Shown here piece by piece: positions 1-13,520 of a stretch of DNA of 64,000 bases. Location of the stretch: the NCBI RefSeq assembly GCF_022045235.1, contig NW_027266341.1:51646001-51710000 (forward strand). Reading direction: 5' to 3'. Within the stretch, counting starts at the first letter, position 1. Every line of letters starts with the position of its first letter. Made by a program: the position numbers and the translations under genes. Origin of the DNA: Haliotis cracherodii. Its lineage: Eukaryota. Under the pieces are notes generated by a model, which searched no databases, was not told where the DNA came from, and saw nothing but the letters and a program-made list of their open reading frames with translations.

Positions 1-199
1 CGCGTTTCTCAACGTCAGGCATTCTTGAGTCGACCGCGTTGGCAGACTAATGTCAGGTCCTTTTGGAGAAAGCGTCAAAAGGACAGTACCACAAATTAAT
101 GTGAAAATCTCTCAGCCGATTCTTTGTTCGAGTCCACTGATTATTATCTTTGGTTTGTCTGCGCCATACAATGTATATGTGTTAATGGATTTCGGTTTT

Positions 200-398
200 G
201 TCTGTTGGAAGTTTAGAGCCACACACAATGACATTCCAGCTATATGACGGCGGTCTGTAAATAATCGAGCCTGGACCAGACAACCCAGTGATTGATATCA
301 TAAGCATCGATCGACGCAACCGGATACGATAACATGCATCAACCAAGTCAGCGAGCCTGACCACCCGATCCCGTTAGTCGCCTCTTACGACAAGCATA
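200..398 (-). mobile_element. Short retroposon (SINE-like family A, no tRNA head), 5'-truncated copy
   Basis: Reverse complement matches the family seen at 21983, 29360, 33623, 39435 and 39825 (GCTTGTCGTAAGAGGCGACTAACGGGATCGGGTGGTCAGGCTCGCTGACTTGG...CAGACCGCCGTCATATAGCTGGAAT). Confidence 0.85.
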
Positions 399-399
399 G

Positions 400-740
400 T
401 GAGGTGAAATTGGGTTTAACGTCGCGTCCAAGATCATTGCACTTATATAACGACGTGCAGGCACGTGTGTGTGTGGCTGCTTCTACTGGTCCGGACTGAT
501 GCCGATTTATAGTGCTAGCTCAGTGATACCATGTCGCAGTTTAACATAAATGCCCCACTCAGACACAGTATGCTGACTACGAGACGACCAGTCCTTGTTT
601 TAGCCCCTTAATGCTGAGCGCCAGACAGGCTAACAACAAGTACCATCTTTTAACTTCTTTTGGTATGACGCGGCCGGGGATCGAACCCCGGACCTTCCGC
701 TCTCCGTGTGGACACTCTACCACTGGACCACGGAGGCGGT
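400..740 (-). mobile_element. tRNA-derived SINE (family B)
   Basis: Minus strand shows an A box (GTGGTCCAGTGGTAGAG), a B box (GGTTCGATCCC), a body beginning CCGCGTCATACCAAAAG and a 3' tail GCGACGTTAAACCCAATTTCACCTCAC. Decayed relatives occur at about 13225 and 18990. Confidence 0.85.
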
Positions 741-3700
741 CTGTTCCAGAGCAGAAACTCACAGCTATGTATGAGCATCTTGTAGATGTCGGATAGTAAA
801 AGTAAAACAGTACAAACCTACGATTTCGCAACTGGTTCAATGGTAGGGTAAAACATTGTTACGCAATAGCAAATCATTCGTCTGATTCGAATCTTCGTCC
901 AGCGTGTCACCCCAAAAGAGGTTTTCATCTACACAACCCTGCTCTCACATTTCACAGAATGGTCAACTTTGATCTCTGCTGTCTTAACTGACGTAACACT
1001 TTACAATCTGTAACCTACACTTGCAAACGTGTTGTCTTGTCTTATACCTAGCCAAGGGAGATAACTCTAGATGGAAAGTAAGAGATAGTGTCATTCTTCC
1101 TTCAATTGTACGAACGAACGATGCATGAATTATTGTGTACTTGGTGAGGTTCGATTCGATAACACATTTACATCATCGGCTAAGTTAATAATAATGTATA
1201 CTGAAATGTATAAACATGTGAGCAAGACACTTACAAATTCTCGTGTAACAAAGCGAAAAAGATATTACTGACGTTTAATGGCGTATTCTTTAAATATGTT
1301 TAAATTTTCTATACTGTTGATGCGACGTTAAATTGCTTCTCATCAAAAGCACGACTTTATTTGCTGTATTACAAAAGACTTGCGAAGCATTGGAAGAAAA
1401 AACATGTCATCGGAATATTGAAAAAAAATATGTCAAACTTATTTAATTAGATTTGTTGCATACACATACATGTAGTTAACAAAAAATGACATTTAAAAAA
1501 AAATTCATTAACGAGTCCATAACGCCAAAGAAGCGGATGCTACAGGTCCACTACAAGGGGCATCATGTCGTTTGTATATGTACATATCTGAAACCCGAGT
1601 TTTTTTATTCGGAAATTGAATTATGTTAGAGTGGTTGCATCAAATGCGGGGCACTTTGACATTCATACCCGAGTGGAGAGAAGATCTGTCTAGCGGCCAA
1701 CTCCACGCCCACAACATCACCGTTGCCCCGTCTTCCGACTGGGTGTCAAGTAGCTTACAAGTCTGCTCCGTCTACGCCATTCTTTGCATCTAATGTCAGG
1801 CCACTTAACTCAAACAGCCCCAGGCCCAGAAGCTCGCCCTGCTGTGCGTGCAGAACATGCGGGGCGCTGCAAGACGGGACATCTAACGGCATCTCAGACA
1901 TGCCACAAGGGTTCGGTAAATAACATGATGGAGTAGCTTGCCCATCCACACATATACTTTCATCTTCTCGAGGAAAGGAAGTTAACTGACTATAAAAGTC
2001 CAGTTTCCACCCTTGCCGAACTAGGCTGAAATTATGGAGTTATATTTTGGCTGGACTAACGATTCAAAGTATTGTCCAATCAAAATCGTGCAACGAAATA
2101 GACATCCGGGTCGTTGGGACATGGATTTCAACGTGCAGATTCTGGTCGATTGCAGGATTTGCAAAGGCTGTGTACCGTCAACTGGGCGTCGACAGATATT
2201 TACCAAATCTTTTCATGTTTTTAATGAATGTGTACACATGATTTGATGCACTGCGAGAGGTTGGACCCGATATATTACAATATAGATCTTGATCGGGCGC
2301 CGCCATTTTGTTTGAAGCAAATGTAAGTGATATGAGAGGTGGAATCTGATTAGTCAATAGGAGGGGTATAGAAGGGACATAACTCGCGTTGAGGTAAACG
2401 GTTATTAGCGACCGTAGTTTTGACTCATAAGAGTCGNNNNNNNNNNNNNNNNNNNNNNNNNNNNNNNNNNNNNNNNNNNNNNNNNNNNNNNNNNNNNNNN
2501 NNNNNNNNNNNNNNNNNNNNNNNNNNNNNNNNNNNNNNNNNNNNNNNNNNNNNNNNNNNNNNNNNNNNNNNNNNNNNNNNNNNNNNNNNNNNNNNNNNNN
2601 NNNNNNNNNNNNNNNNNNNNNNNNNTCCAAGTTGTTGATCCCTCGCAACGTGGCCAATCAGCCATCCAGTCACTCCCGCAACGACAGTGTCCTTTTTGAC
2701 CTAGTAGTTTGAGTAAGCGGTATATATCCATGTAAATCACTGGGGAAAGTACCGATTTTGAAATGTACAGGTGGATTTAACCTGACTAGCGCCTTCGTTA
2801 GGGTCGATTATTTCTTCATTTCTTCCGTCGTGGTTCGTGTTGGAATCAGACCGTACGTCGGAAAGGTCAAATGAGCGACGTTGCTTACAAAGCGTGGGCT
2901 TACATACATCTGACGTTTATGCCTTTCACTCCAGACGCCGATGCCCCTTAATTAAAAGCAGAGACCCCCCTCATATGATGTCTCCATCCGCCTGACAATT
3001 TGTGGAGAAATTGAGTCCGGTCTTGGGGATAATCGTACGCCTCGTCTCCTAACATGGGTCTCATTTGGCCTGAGATTCCTTGAACCTAGTCCACGTAATT
3101 AGATCTGTCTGACCAGGGCAGCGTTCAGACTTACACCATCCCAGAGGACAAGGGAGATAATAAGATTTGCTCAATACGTTTGGTCAGCGTGTCAGTTGGT
3201 AATGGAGAGAGTAAGGGATGTGGGATTCCGCCACCTGCAATCAGGTAGTTTACAATAGCTGTGCGGGTATGCGGAATGCTGCGATCTGCTGTCAGTTAGT
3301 TTACTTCAGTTGTGCGGGATGCGGAATTCTGTGTTCTGCAATCAGATCCGCGATCATAAGATTAGATGCAGATTATAAAATATACCCATGTTCACGACAG
3401 CCGAACCACAAACATCTGCATTCAACGAAACAATCGAGTTTCTAATCTCAAACACAACTGAGTATAGGCGAAGGGAGCCCGTCGAGAAAATCAAGTCATC
3501 ATACACGTGTCCTGTGATCTAATACCTTTTCAACACGCCATCACATGTTTGGAATGTGTGGAAAATAATGCAGCGATTATTGTTAATCAACACCAGCATT
3601 AGAGCACCAATGACTAATGACACACTGGATTGTTGCCATACAACGAGGACGACATTTCAAACGACTGTCCACCTAGTCCACAAGAGGCTTCCCCCATTTG

Positions 3701-4213
3701 CAACACGTCCAAGGTCGTAACTAAATACTAATGCGGCGATAAATGTCGTGGTGATAATACGTGAAATTGCAACTGCCATTCAAGGTCAAAAGTGTGTACG
3801 CCCTCTTGATTTTAAGTATGCGTATTTCACATTAGTCGGCCGCTAGGTCAAACGCTACCGCAAATGTTACATTCAAACGACAACTAACAACTGACATTGA
3901 ACGCAGTTTGCACAATCACAACAGTGATCACTTTGTCAGAACAGGATGCTACGTCGGAGTTGTGTCCCCTGAGATAATACTGTCTTACAACTATTCCAGG
4001 TTCAAAGAATAAACTATGAACTTCCACTGAATAAATTTAGTTTACCTGTTAAAAGTACCGATTTTATAAGATGAATATTGTCTTGATGTAACATAGTGTT
4101 TTATTGTAAATTAGAACGGCCCATCGGGACTGAATAATCGGTCTTTAAGCAAAGTAGACGTTGTGTACGGTTGACCATCAATAGTCCCATCAGCACATGC
4201 TGTTATTAAACAA

Positions 4214-6090
4214 TGTGTGGTACAGCTGTGTGTTTATTAACCAATGATAACTTGCTTTCGCTCGAGTGAGTGAGTAGGATTTGAAGCAGTCCCGAATACA
4301 CATCTAACATAGTCAATGATGTACCTGCACATGGCTTTCATGTTTTTATTACGGTATGTCAGCTTAGTGTTGGTGGGAAGACCACATTGCCATAGGCCAC
4401 TATTTGCCACTGGGTACACCAAAGGACAGAATCTGATAGCATTATAATAGCCCAGCTGAAAGATTTTAAAATATCATACCAGTATCGTGGAGTCAAATAT
4501 GCCTTGTAAATGTAACACAGAACACCGGCAGTGTTTTTGGCACTATCGTTGAAAGTGTAGGACAAGAGAGCGACTGAAGTGAGTATTTGTGTGGTACAGC
4601 TCTGTGTCTATTAACCAATGATAACTTCCAAAAGGAACTTGATATTAATAAAAACAACTTAATTTTAAATTAGATATTAATCAAAACAACTTAATTGTAC
4701 ACCTACATTAACTGAAAGGACTCGCAAGCTCCGCGTGTTTACGCGACACTACTATGTCCCATCAATGCACACCGTTAAGTTTTCCATCTATATATACAAC
4801 CAATACACGTTCAAGTTATGTGGTGTGTTCAACTATTATCTTTGGGGAAGGGTGCCTAATCGACCCGGGTGGTGCATTTAGCTGTGCAGATGTTCGTTTC
4901 TAACGCGAGCGAGAAATATATTATCGTGGTTCAAATCCCAGAATCGCCCTCAATATGTGTCAAGGTTTTTAGCAATGACACTGCGTTCGTGGGTTTCATC
5001 ATAGTGGTTAACCTCCCACAGAAAGCTGAAACACCGTCATGTTATGAAATACTGTTCAAAANNNNNNNNNNNNNNNNNNNNNNNNNNNNNNNNNNNNNNN
5101 NNNNNNNNNNNNNNNNNNNNNNNNNNNNNNNNNNNNNNNNNNNNNNNNNNNNNNNNNNNNNNNNNNNNNNNNNNNNNNNNNNNNNNNNNNNNAGACTACG
5201 TTTGATGTTTATGCTGACCTGCACTAACATTTGTAAAAAGAGCTTGGGGTCGACTGGATTTATGATATGAAAAGGGGCATTATTCGATCTACAGAAATAT
5301 GAGAAATTAATCAATCCCGATGTCTACGACGTCATAATCAAATTTCGTTCAATTGCGTCAAAACGTGCCCTTAACACGAACCACACTCAAAAGACTTTCC
5401 TGTTGCATATAGAATATAGTTTGAAACAGCTTAGCTAATAAAGGTTAGTACGCTTTCAAAAAACATAAAAGATAATGGCATGTACAAATATAAACGTATT
5501 GGTAAGTAATTAATTTCTGGATCCTAAGTGTGAGGCCTCCGCTTTCCTCCGCCTTGATGGACTCTGTCTTCGTAGCCTCAGGACCCAGATGACATTTGAG
5601 GGTTTTCTGAAGGAGGATGCGACTGTCACAGCAACGGAACTATCTGTAACAGCAGCAGCAGCACATCTACAACTGACAAGAAATATTTCGCCTCCACATC
5701 GATCGCGCCAAACTTTAACACGTACACAGGGCCATGTTCCTTGCTTTCCCTCGAGTGAGTGAGTTGGATTTGAAGCCATCCCGTATACACATCTAGCATA
5801 GTCAATAGTGTACCTACGTATCAGTTTGATTATTTGTTACGGCGTGTCAGTTTAGTGTTAGATGGAAGATCACATTGTTGTAGGCCATGGGCATTTGCCA
5901 CTGGGTACACTAAAGGCAAGAATCTGATAGCATTATAATAACACAGCTGAAAGATTTTAAAATATCATATCAGTATCGTATACATATGGAGTTAAATATT
6001 TCTTGTAAATGTAACACAGAGCATCTGAAGCGTTTTGGCACTATCGTTGAAAGTGTAGAACAAGAGAACGATTGAAATGAGTATTTGTAA
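4214..6090. repeat. Local duplication (4250-4590 similar to 5740-6090) with a 40-bp direct repeat
   Basis: TGTGTGGTACAGCT..ATTAACCAATGATAACTT occurs at about 4214 and 4588, and the intervening segment recurs at about 5740-6090. Confidence 0.75.
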
Positions 6091-6098
6091 CTATATAA

Positions 6099-6329
6099 GT
6101 GAGTGAGTTGGGTTCAGCGTACTCCAGTAATATCATGGAGTGACAGTTTAATGTGGGAAGAAAGCCCAAAGTGATGCAGGTCTAAGACGTTTACCACTTC
6201 GGTGAAACCGACGAGCACGGGTATAGTGCTGACAATCGGGATTCAAACCCACAATCATAGGTTTCTGGCGTGCCCAATGGACACACCTCTGGACAGCGGA
6301 TCCGTTGACGACTGGGCCACCCGTGCCCC
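6099..6329 (-). mobile_element. tRNA-derived SINE (family C, long head)
   Basis: 13-bp TSD TGTAACTATATAA (6086-6098 and 6330-6342), (ACTC)n tail, and homology to 34975-35256. Confidence 0.85.
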
Positions 6330-6399
6330 TGTAACTATATAAAAAAATTGATGACTGAAAACTAATAATAACTGTACTGACTTAGATTATACAAGATCG

Positions 6400-7866
6400 A
6401 TCAATAATCTACCAGGGTACACAACAACACAGCTGACAATGTATTTGTCACGACAACAACGGATGTTGATGCCTTTTTAATGTGTACTGGTGTCCACGGG
6501 AAATAAATTCCTCAAGTCGTGTTCCCTTCAAACTTAAGACTCCGTTCAATACATACGAACACTGTTTTCTTCGTCTTCACTATAAAACTGTGATTCAACT
6601 TATTCTAGATTGTAATGAAACCCATGGTATGTTGTATGGACGCATCTTCTCCCGGGTTACGTAACGGGGCGTCAGCACAGTGTGGGAGGAGAGTCCGAAG
6701 TGATGAAGGTCGTAGACGATTACAAACACGATTCTTGCAGGGCTCAAGGACACAACTCAGGATAGTGGCATTTACATCGAAAAAAACCTAAGCTGACATT
6801 TCTTGGAACAGTTACTGGTATTAATCGAAATTATTTGCGTAAGCGTTCTTTAATTTCTTTCAATCACGTTCAATAATGAATGCACCTTTGACTGATTGCG
6901 TTAATGTATCAGTAATGTTGTTTATGAACTACATGTAGGGTTAAATGATCCACGTCTACATGTGTTACAAAAGCCAGGCCAACAATCTAATGAAATTGGA
7001 CGACAGTTTGAGTAGTTTGACATTTACTTACCTCACAGTAGAGACAATTATCACACACTAACTTCACGGAAATGGTGTGAGCAAACATCAAGGAAAAACA
7101 CTCATGATGTACTGACGTAGCTTAAAGTAGAAGGCTGTGCCAAGTGAACAGAACCATTCCTCATACTAATCCTCTTTATGTATTAACAGGAATTAAGACC
7201 TTGGAATAACATTGACACTTGAACAGTTCCATGTCTTTACAGGTGTATGTTACAAGCATAGTAAATGTCATATATATCCATATGTAGCTCTAGATACGGC
7301 TACACCTCTGATATATGTCCCGTAAAGAGGGTATGAGCCAGGCTGTCGTCTATTTACAGTTTAGGTCTAGACGTTGTAATTGGTGTGAAATTGGAGATGG
7401 CACATTCGGGTAAAAATTAGTTGCTAATCTACATCATGCATTTGAGACATCAGACAAAATGCTGTTTGTGGGCTTGAGAGAAAAGGTCCAAAGTCTATCA
7501 ATTCTTCGAGCCTAATCTGCCTTCAAAATGTTTTGAACGCATTTCCTTTATATCGCTACCAGTCCAAAGTTATACAAGTCACAGACGTTTGACACTTTGA
7601 GGGAATCCACAAGAATGGACATGTTGAGACTGAGGTCAGTGCGTCATCTGTCAACGCGGCAGAGAGCGTATGTATTGAGAAACACGTAACCCTCATGCAG
7701 AACCACAAAGACGTCGTATCACCCTCCATGTTAGACTGGAAGAAGTCCTCATTTCTCATAATTACATATTTATTGCTCGTCATAGGTATGGTCCTTATGC
7801 ATTAATAGCCTCTGGAATAAGTATCTACATTTCATTATACTGAATAGGAGACAGACCAAGTCTACT
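6400..7866 (+). pseudogene. Toll-like receptor-like pseudogene copy A (LRRs, LRR-CT, TM; TIR part deleted)
   Basis: Homologous to copies B and C. Reads TL*GNPQEWTC (LRR-CT-like), then hydrophobic FLIITYLLLVIGMVL, and is joined by a deletion at about 7866 to downstream LINE debris. Confidence 0.5.
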
Positions 7867-7869
7867 AAT

Positions 7870-8720
7870 AATCTCATTGAATGGCAGGATATAGAATTGT
7901 TCAAAAATATTTTCCTAATGGGGAAGATGTCAGAAGATGAGTTTGATATTTCACATTGAATGTTTATGTTGCATGTTATAGCATGTTAATAGACGTACAC
8001 AAAACCTGTTTTTGAAACCGACACTGATGACCTTCCTTTACAACATGCACACAATTTGGATATTCCAAGATAGTTTACCTTTTTGCAAGAAGCTTATCTC
8101 CCACATAGAGCATAGCCTTCAATCTTTCTTGCAATATCACACGTTTTGCTAGCTAGGATTACAGCTACACGGAGGGCTATAGCCCGGATTGGAAACCACC
8201 ACAGACTCCATTCAACAATGGTCAGAACGACAGGGCTTCTATTCCAGAGATTGCCACAGCTGGATTCCTCTTGGTGCTGGAGGCGACAAGTGATATTTCA
8301 ATGACCTGTATAAGAAAGAATCAGACAGGGGCTCTATCCTGCATTACCCTAACCAAGGTTGAAGGAACGAAGACATATTGCTAAATAAGAAGATGAGAGA
8401 TTACACGACATTATGAAGTTGGTGTGTGGGTATTGATGATGCTAGCGGATATGCGGACGTCAATGATCACGATGTGGGAGGACAGAGTGTAGATGTAGTC
8501 GTAGTGATTCCATGTCTCTGGTCGATGTGAATAAAGAGATTGTAGGAAGAATATATTTTCGGAATGTTTGGGAATGATTGACTATGTTTTGGATTAAAAA
8601 CTTATTGTTTGAGATTGCATTTCATGTTCATTTGATTAGAAACATGCGTGTGTGTTGAAGGGGGATTTGTGATATGTGCATTGTTAATTTTCGAAAAATG
8701 ACTTGAACGGTTGATGGGTG
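7870..8720 (-). mobile_element. Decayed non-LTR retrotransposon 3' fragments (CR1/L2-like); repeated at about 13900-14780, 19630-20300 and 24050-24900
   Basis: Minus-strand relics read LQSLYSHRPETWNHY (cf. SFFPxTxRxWNxL) and FCVRLLTCY...IFEQFYI (cf. FKxRLxDxY...FExExYL), with many stops. Confidence 0.5.
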
Positions 8721-9279
8721 CCCGCTGTGAGTTTCATAAAATATTGTATAGCCTCCATGAAGAAAATTGCAGTGAGTGCAGGAGGAATAATGAAAACTTC
8801 CTTACTTACATTTGACAAACAAATGCACACCGTTACCTGTGTCATATTTATGTATGTATGTGTACATGGTCTCTTGTGTCATTGGTGAACCTATTTGAGT
8901 AACAGGTAACACGATATCTCAGCTTTTGATAACCCACCTTTAATTATTTAAATCGCAAAAGTGATTCGAGTTTTCAAATGATGGCCAACTTGCTTTATCA
9001 ATCTTGCATCAACTGTCAATATATGGAAGGAAACAATATCAGGAATTAAGTTCATTCACTTGAGAGTAACGGGTGCGATTCAGCAGCCAGCGACCAATCG
9101 CAAACAGATTGAACAGAAGAGTGATACATAGTTTCACTTTTCGGAACCTATTGACACCTGAATATCAGTCTCTGTACCATCTCCTGGTTTACTGTTGGAA
9201 GGTCATTGTTCACGGTAAATCCAGATGGTATTGGTGGATGTGGTCTTACATATTTCTTTAACATTATGCTTCCAATACA

Positions 9280-9575
9280 TCTTTGTTTGAAACTGAGAAA
9301 CATTAAATGGTAAATCCCTTCTCAAACGATCTGTGCGTTTAGAATCTCTTTACAGTGTTTAAAATACAAGACATCAGGAAGAACAAAGACATAGACTATT
9401 CCAATATCAGTTGTACATATTGTAAATCTGGGTCTATCGAAGACGAGGGCGAATTCCATGCTATGTTTATCTGCGATGCATTCGCTTCCCAAAGAAAGAA
9501 ATATTTGCCACATTAAAAAACTCCATACGTAAATCTGCAAGTAATGTACAATTTACTTAACTCATATGACACAAA
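9280..9575 (+). mobile_element. LINE ORF2 C-terminal zinc-knuckle fragment (second copy at about 15335-15610)
   Basis: Translates ...FETEKH...SCTYCKSGSIEDEGEFHAMFICDAFASQRKKYLP..., a typical CxxC..EDExH..C end of CR1/L2-group ORF2. Confidence 0.75.
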
Positions 9576-9714
9576 ACCCCACACTTACCTACCCAACCCC
9601 TCCTACAGTGCAATACATTGAACTTTGGTTCAGATGAGGGTAGGGTCCGTTTCCGAAGCATAACTCATAAACTGTTCACATTAATTCTTTCTTGTTTGGA
9701 TAAAAAGATCCACA

Positions 9715-9960
9715 GCACCCTGTGCAAGTTTAGAAAGTTTTATAGTAGACACGTGGAGGGCATTTCCAAATTTGTCGCATCAGTGACAAAATGATGTTCG
9801 ATGCAATTCCCTATTTTGACTTGTACCAAAGATTCCCGTGTGTGTGGTTTTTTTCAGGTAAACAATGGACTTGCCTTTGCATGTGTTTGTGACGTGTGCC
9901 AACAGTTGGGGAGGGTACGCCCACCTTTTTTGCGAACACCTGGTATTATCACTATTTGAT
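9715..9960 (+). mobile_element. Penelope-like element 3' ORF end plus downstream stem-loop (also about 15750-15970 and 28015-28225)
   Basis: Reads FRKFYSRHVEGISKFVASVTK, a PLE RT C-terminus pattern, followed by the motif GACG(G/T)GTGCC...GAACACCTGG. Confidence 0.5.
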
Positions 9961-10599
9961 AGTTATTCATAAACACATGCTCGTGATATAGTCGGAGACG
10001 TACGATCGACTATGCTTTCAGCAGAGATTTCTTATGAAAATAAAACGGGTTTTGTCTCTCTTATTTACACGTATATAAATGTCAGTTACATAATGTGATT
10101 TCAGCCATATGGTGATCCAGAGGGGCTAAGATACCACATGTAATATGTTGTAGGCAGTAAAAGTATCCAGAGAGAGGATTTGAATATATTGGACCCCTCC
10201 CTTTTAATAACTGCTGAATCCGCCATTGTCAGCTGGGTAACAGCTTGTGAAAAACAGAAGACATATTATTTACGTCCAAGATTTAATTGCTTATATTCTT
10301 GACTAGTTNNNNNNNNNNNNNNNNNNNNNNNNNNNNNNNNNNNNNNNNNNNNNNNNNNNNNNNNNNNNNNNNNNNNNNNNNNNNNNNNNNNNNNNNNNNN
10401 NNNNNNNNNNNNNNNNNNNNNNNNNNNNNNNNNNNNNNNNCCCCTTTACACGCTCGTGTTCTGTTAAGCGAATTATGATGTGATTTCCCAATAGTTTCCC
10501 ATCGTGATTTACCAGCTGTCAAGAAAGAGAGGCAATCTTCTTTTCCCTGTAATTTAAAAACATTCCTGAAAATCAAAAACATCCATGCCCATGAGAACC

Positions 10600-12800
10600 C
10601 ACGTACAAAACCCTTTCCATAGACACAAGAAATCTCTGCTACAAGTAGAGTCGATTGTATTATTCCGACGGTACCACGAGCATGCGTTTATAAATCACTA
10701 TCAAATAGTGATGATACCGGGTCTTAAGAAATGTATCGTTAATCCCCCTGATGTGACACTGACAGTAATGTCAAATTCTTATTCTGGAATAGTTTTGGGA
10801 AATAATTTGCGGACATGTAGTTTACCTTTTGATACATTTCCGTCATTAATAGACCGTTAATTGATTGATTAATGTATCAGAAGTGATGCCTGTTATTTGC
10901 CGCTAATAAACTATATATATAGTGTTAAATGTTCCAGGTCAAAATAACATGCTCAGAACGAAATATTTTTATGAAAATATGACGACAATTTCAATAGCTT
11001 GACATTTACTTAACATGCAGTAAAGACAATTATCACACACTACATTGCCATCAGCAAACATAGCTTGATGCCTTTTCAAAGAGTATTGGTGTCCAAGGGA
11101 AAGAAACTTATCAGGTCGTGTTCTCCCGAGTTACATAACGGGGCGTCAGCACAGTGTGGGAGGAGAGTCCAAAGTGATGCAGGTCGTAGACGATTACAAA
11201 CACACGATGCTTACAGGGCTCAAGTACACAACTCAGGATAATGAGTCACAGCATTACATCGAAAAAACACCCTTTGCTGAAATTTCTTGGAACTGGTATC
11301 AATCTAAATAATTTGCGTAAGCGTTCTTTAATTTCTTTCAATCACGTTCAATAATAAATACAGCTTTGACCGATTGCGTTATTGTATCAGTACTGACTAA
11401 TATGTCGTTAATGAACTACATGTACGGTTAAATTTCAATTATGTGCTCCGGGCCGGCTCACAATCTAATGAAATAGAACGAATGTTTGAGTAGTTTGACA
11501 TTCACTTACCTCACAGTAGAGACAATTATCACAAACTAACTTCACGGAAATGGTGTGAGCAAACATCAAGGAAAAACACTCATGATGTACTGACGTAGCT
11601 TGAAGAAGAAGGTAGTGTCACGTGAACAGAACCATTCCTTAAACTAATCCTCTTTATGTCTTTACAGGTGTATCAACTCTTTGACAGGCATTTAGACCTT
11701 GGAATAACATTGACACATGAACAGTTCTATGTCTTTACAGGTGTATGTTACAACCATAGTAAATGTTACATTTTGTCATTGTACCTCTCCATAAGGCGCA
11801 TGATATATGTCCCGTATAGTTATGTGATATATACAGCCGTGGACTGTGTTAAGAGGCTATGAGCCAGGCTCACATCCATTTACAGTTTAGGTCTAGACGT
11901 TTTATTGGTGTGAAATTGGAGATAGCACATTTAGGTTATGAGGTGCTAATCTATATCCTAAAATTGACACATCAGACAAAATGCTGTTTGTAGCCTTGAA
12001 TGAAAAGGTCCAAAGTCTATCAATTCTTCGAGTTTAATCTGCCTTCAAAATGCTTTGAACGCATTTCGTATATATCGCTACCAGTCCAAAGTTATACAAG
12101 TCACAGATGTTTAACACTTTGAGGGAATCCACAAGAATGGACATGTTGAGCCTGAAGTCAGTGCGTCATCTGTCAAAGCGGCAGAGAGCGTATGGATTGA
12201 GAAACACGTAACCCTCATGCAGAACCACAAAGACGTTGTATCACTCTCCTTGTTAGACTGGAAGAAGTCCTCATTTCTCATAATTACATATTTATTCCTC
12301 GTCACAGGTATGTTCCTAATGCATTTAAAGCCTCTGGAATAAGTATCTACATTTCATTATACTGAATAGGAGACAGACCAAGTCTACTGTATACGCATCC
12401 CATTGTAAGTGTCGAGGATGGCAGAGTACTTCATTCATCTTCATCGACGTGATCTGGGATATTTACAGAGAAGGCTAAAAAACTGAAAGCGTAACTATCA
12501 CTGCATATGACACTGGAGCAGCTCGAGCTCTTTTCTACATTTAGTCGGAGATCCACAAATTACTACTTGTCCATTACATGGCAAGAATATCGAGTTTTGT
12601 CGATTAGTATTGACAATAATATGGCATGAACGTAAACCTGTAGTCTCACTTCTCCTGAGCCGAAACTATCATTCATCTTTCTGGTGGGATCAGAAGCATT
12701 CAGATAATGAGAATATCATTTTCTTTCTATTGAAATGTTTGCCTGAGGGACTTCAAGTGTTGCAGATCGGACAGCTGACAAACACAATCTAATCTGTCGA
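10600..12800 (+). pseudogene. Toll-like receptor-like pseudogene copy B (LRR-LRRCT-TM-TIR)
   Basis: Intronless, frameshifted relics appear in TLR order: GNNLRTCSLPFDTFPSL; RHLDL/WNNIDT; LSLYLSIRRMIYVP; NLPSKCFERIS...LTL*GNPQEWTC; TM FLIITYLFLVTGMFL; TIR-like SISIDNNMA / ERKPVVSLLLSRNYHSSFWW / NIIFFLLKCLP. Confidence 0.6.
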
Positions 12801-12824
12801 AGATGACGGAGTCAAAAATCATCC

Positions 12825-13205
12825 ATTCGCTCACTCATTCACATAGCCGTTCAATGACACATTTACTCACTCGTTCACTCATACATTTATTCATACATTT
12901 ACTCACCTGGTCACTGACAACTTTACTTTCACCTCCACTTACACATTCACAAGCACATTAACTCTGTCAACAATTCACTCTCCGTTCATTCACACATTCA
13001 CAAACACATTCACAAGCACATTCACTCTGTCACCAATTCACTCTCCGTTCATTCACATATTCACAAACACATTCACAAGCACATTCACTCGGTCACCAAT
13101 TCATTCTCCGTTCATTCACACATTCACTCACTCGTTCACTAACACATTCACTCACTCATTCACTCACTCATTCATTCACTTACTTATTCACTCACCCGTT
13201 CATTC
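12825..13205. repeat. Degenerate (CATT/CACT)n microsatellite tract (homologue at 18785-18980)
   Basis: Runs of CATTCA and CTCACT with an internal repeat of about 65 bp. Confidence 0.85.
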
Positions 13206-13224
13206 GTGATCACATATCAACTAG

Positions 13225-13520
13225 ACCGCCTCCGTGATCCAATTGATAGAGCATGTTGTGTGCATGGCGACCAGACGGTCAAAGGTTCGATCTCCTGGTC
13301 GCGTCATACCAAAAATCGTTTCCATTTGAATACTTGTAACTCTGTCTGGCCCTCAAAGTTGGAGTGTCTGGGAAGTTTTCAATGAGAGAGTGATATGGCA
13401 TCCGATATGATAACAGAAGTTAATTTCATCAGCCTCGAGCATATATGCCTTCTGTAACCTAGTGGTTAAAAACTACCGAAAAGCTGAAATATACTGCCAA
13501 AATCGTGTAGAAAGAGAATT
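13225..13520 (+). mobile_element. Decayed family-B tRNA SINE (homologue at about 18990-19280)
   Basis: CCGCCTCCGTGATCCAATTGATAGAG...GGTTCGATCTCCTGGTCGCGTCATACCAAAAA matches the head and body of the 400-740 element. Confidence 0.7.

Noticed and set aside
2178-2740. ORFs spanning N runs (also around 5062-5192, 10309-10440 and 53041-53171)
   Set aside because: They are open only because of assembly gaps.
5510-5700. Possible minus-strand exon after TGTTACAG (DSSVAVTVASS...)
   Set aside because: There is no recognisable domain and no partner exons, so the evidence is insufficient.
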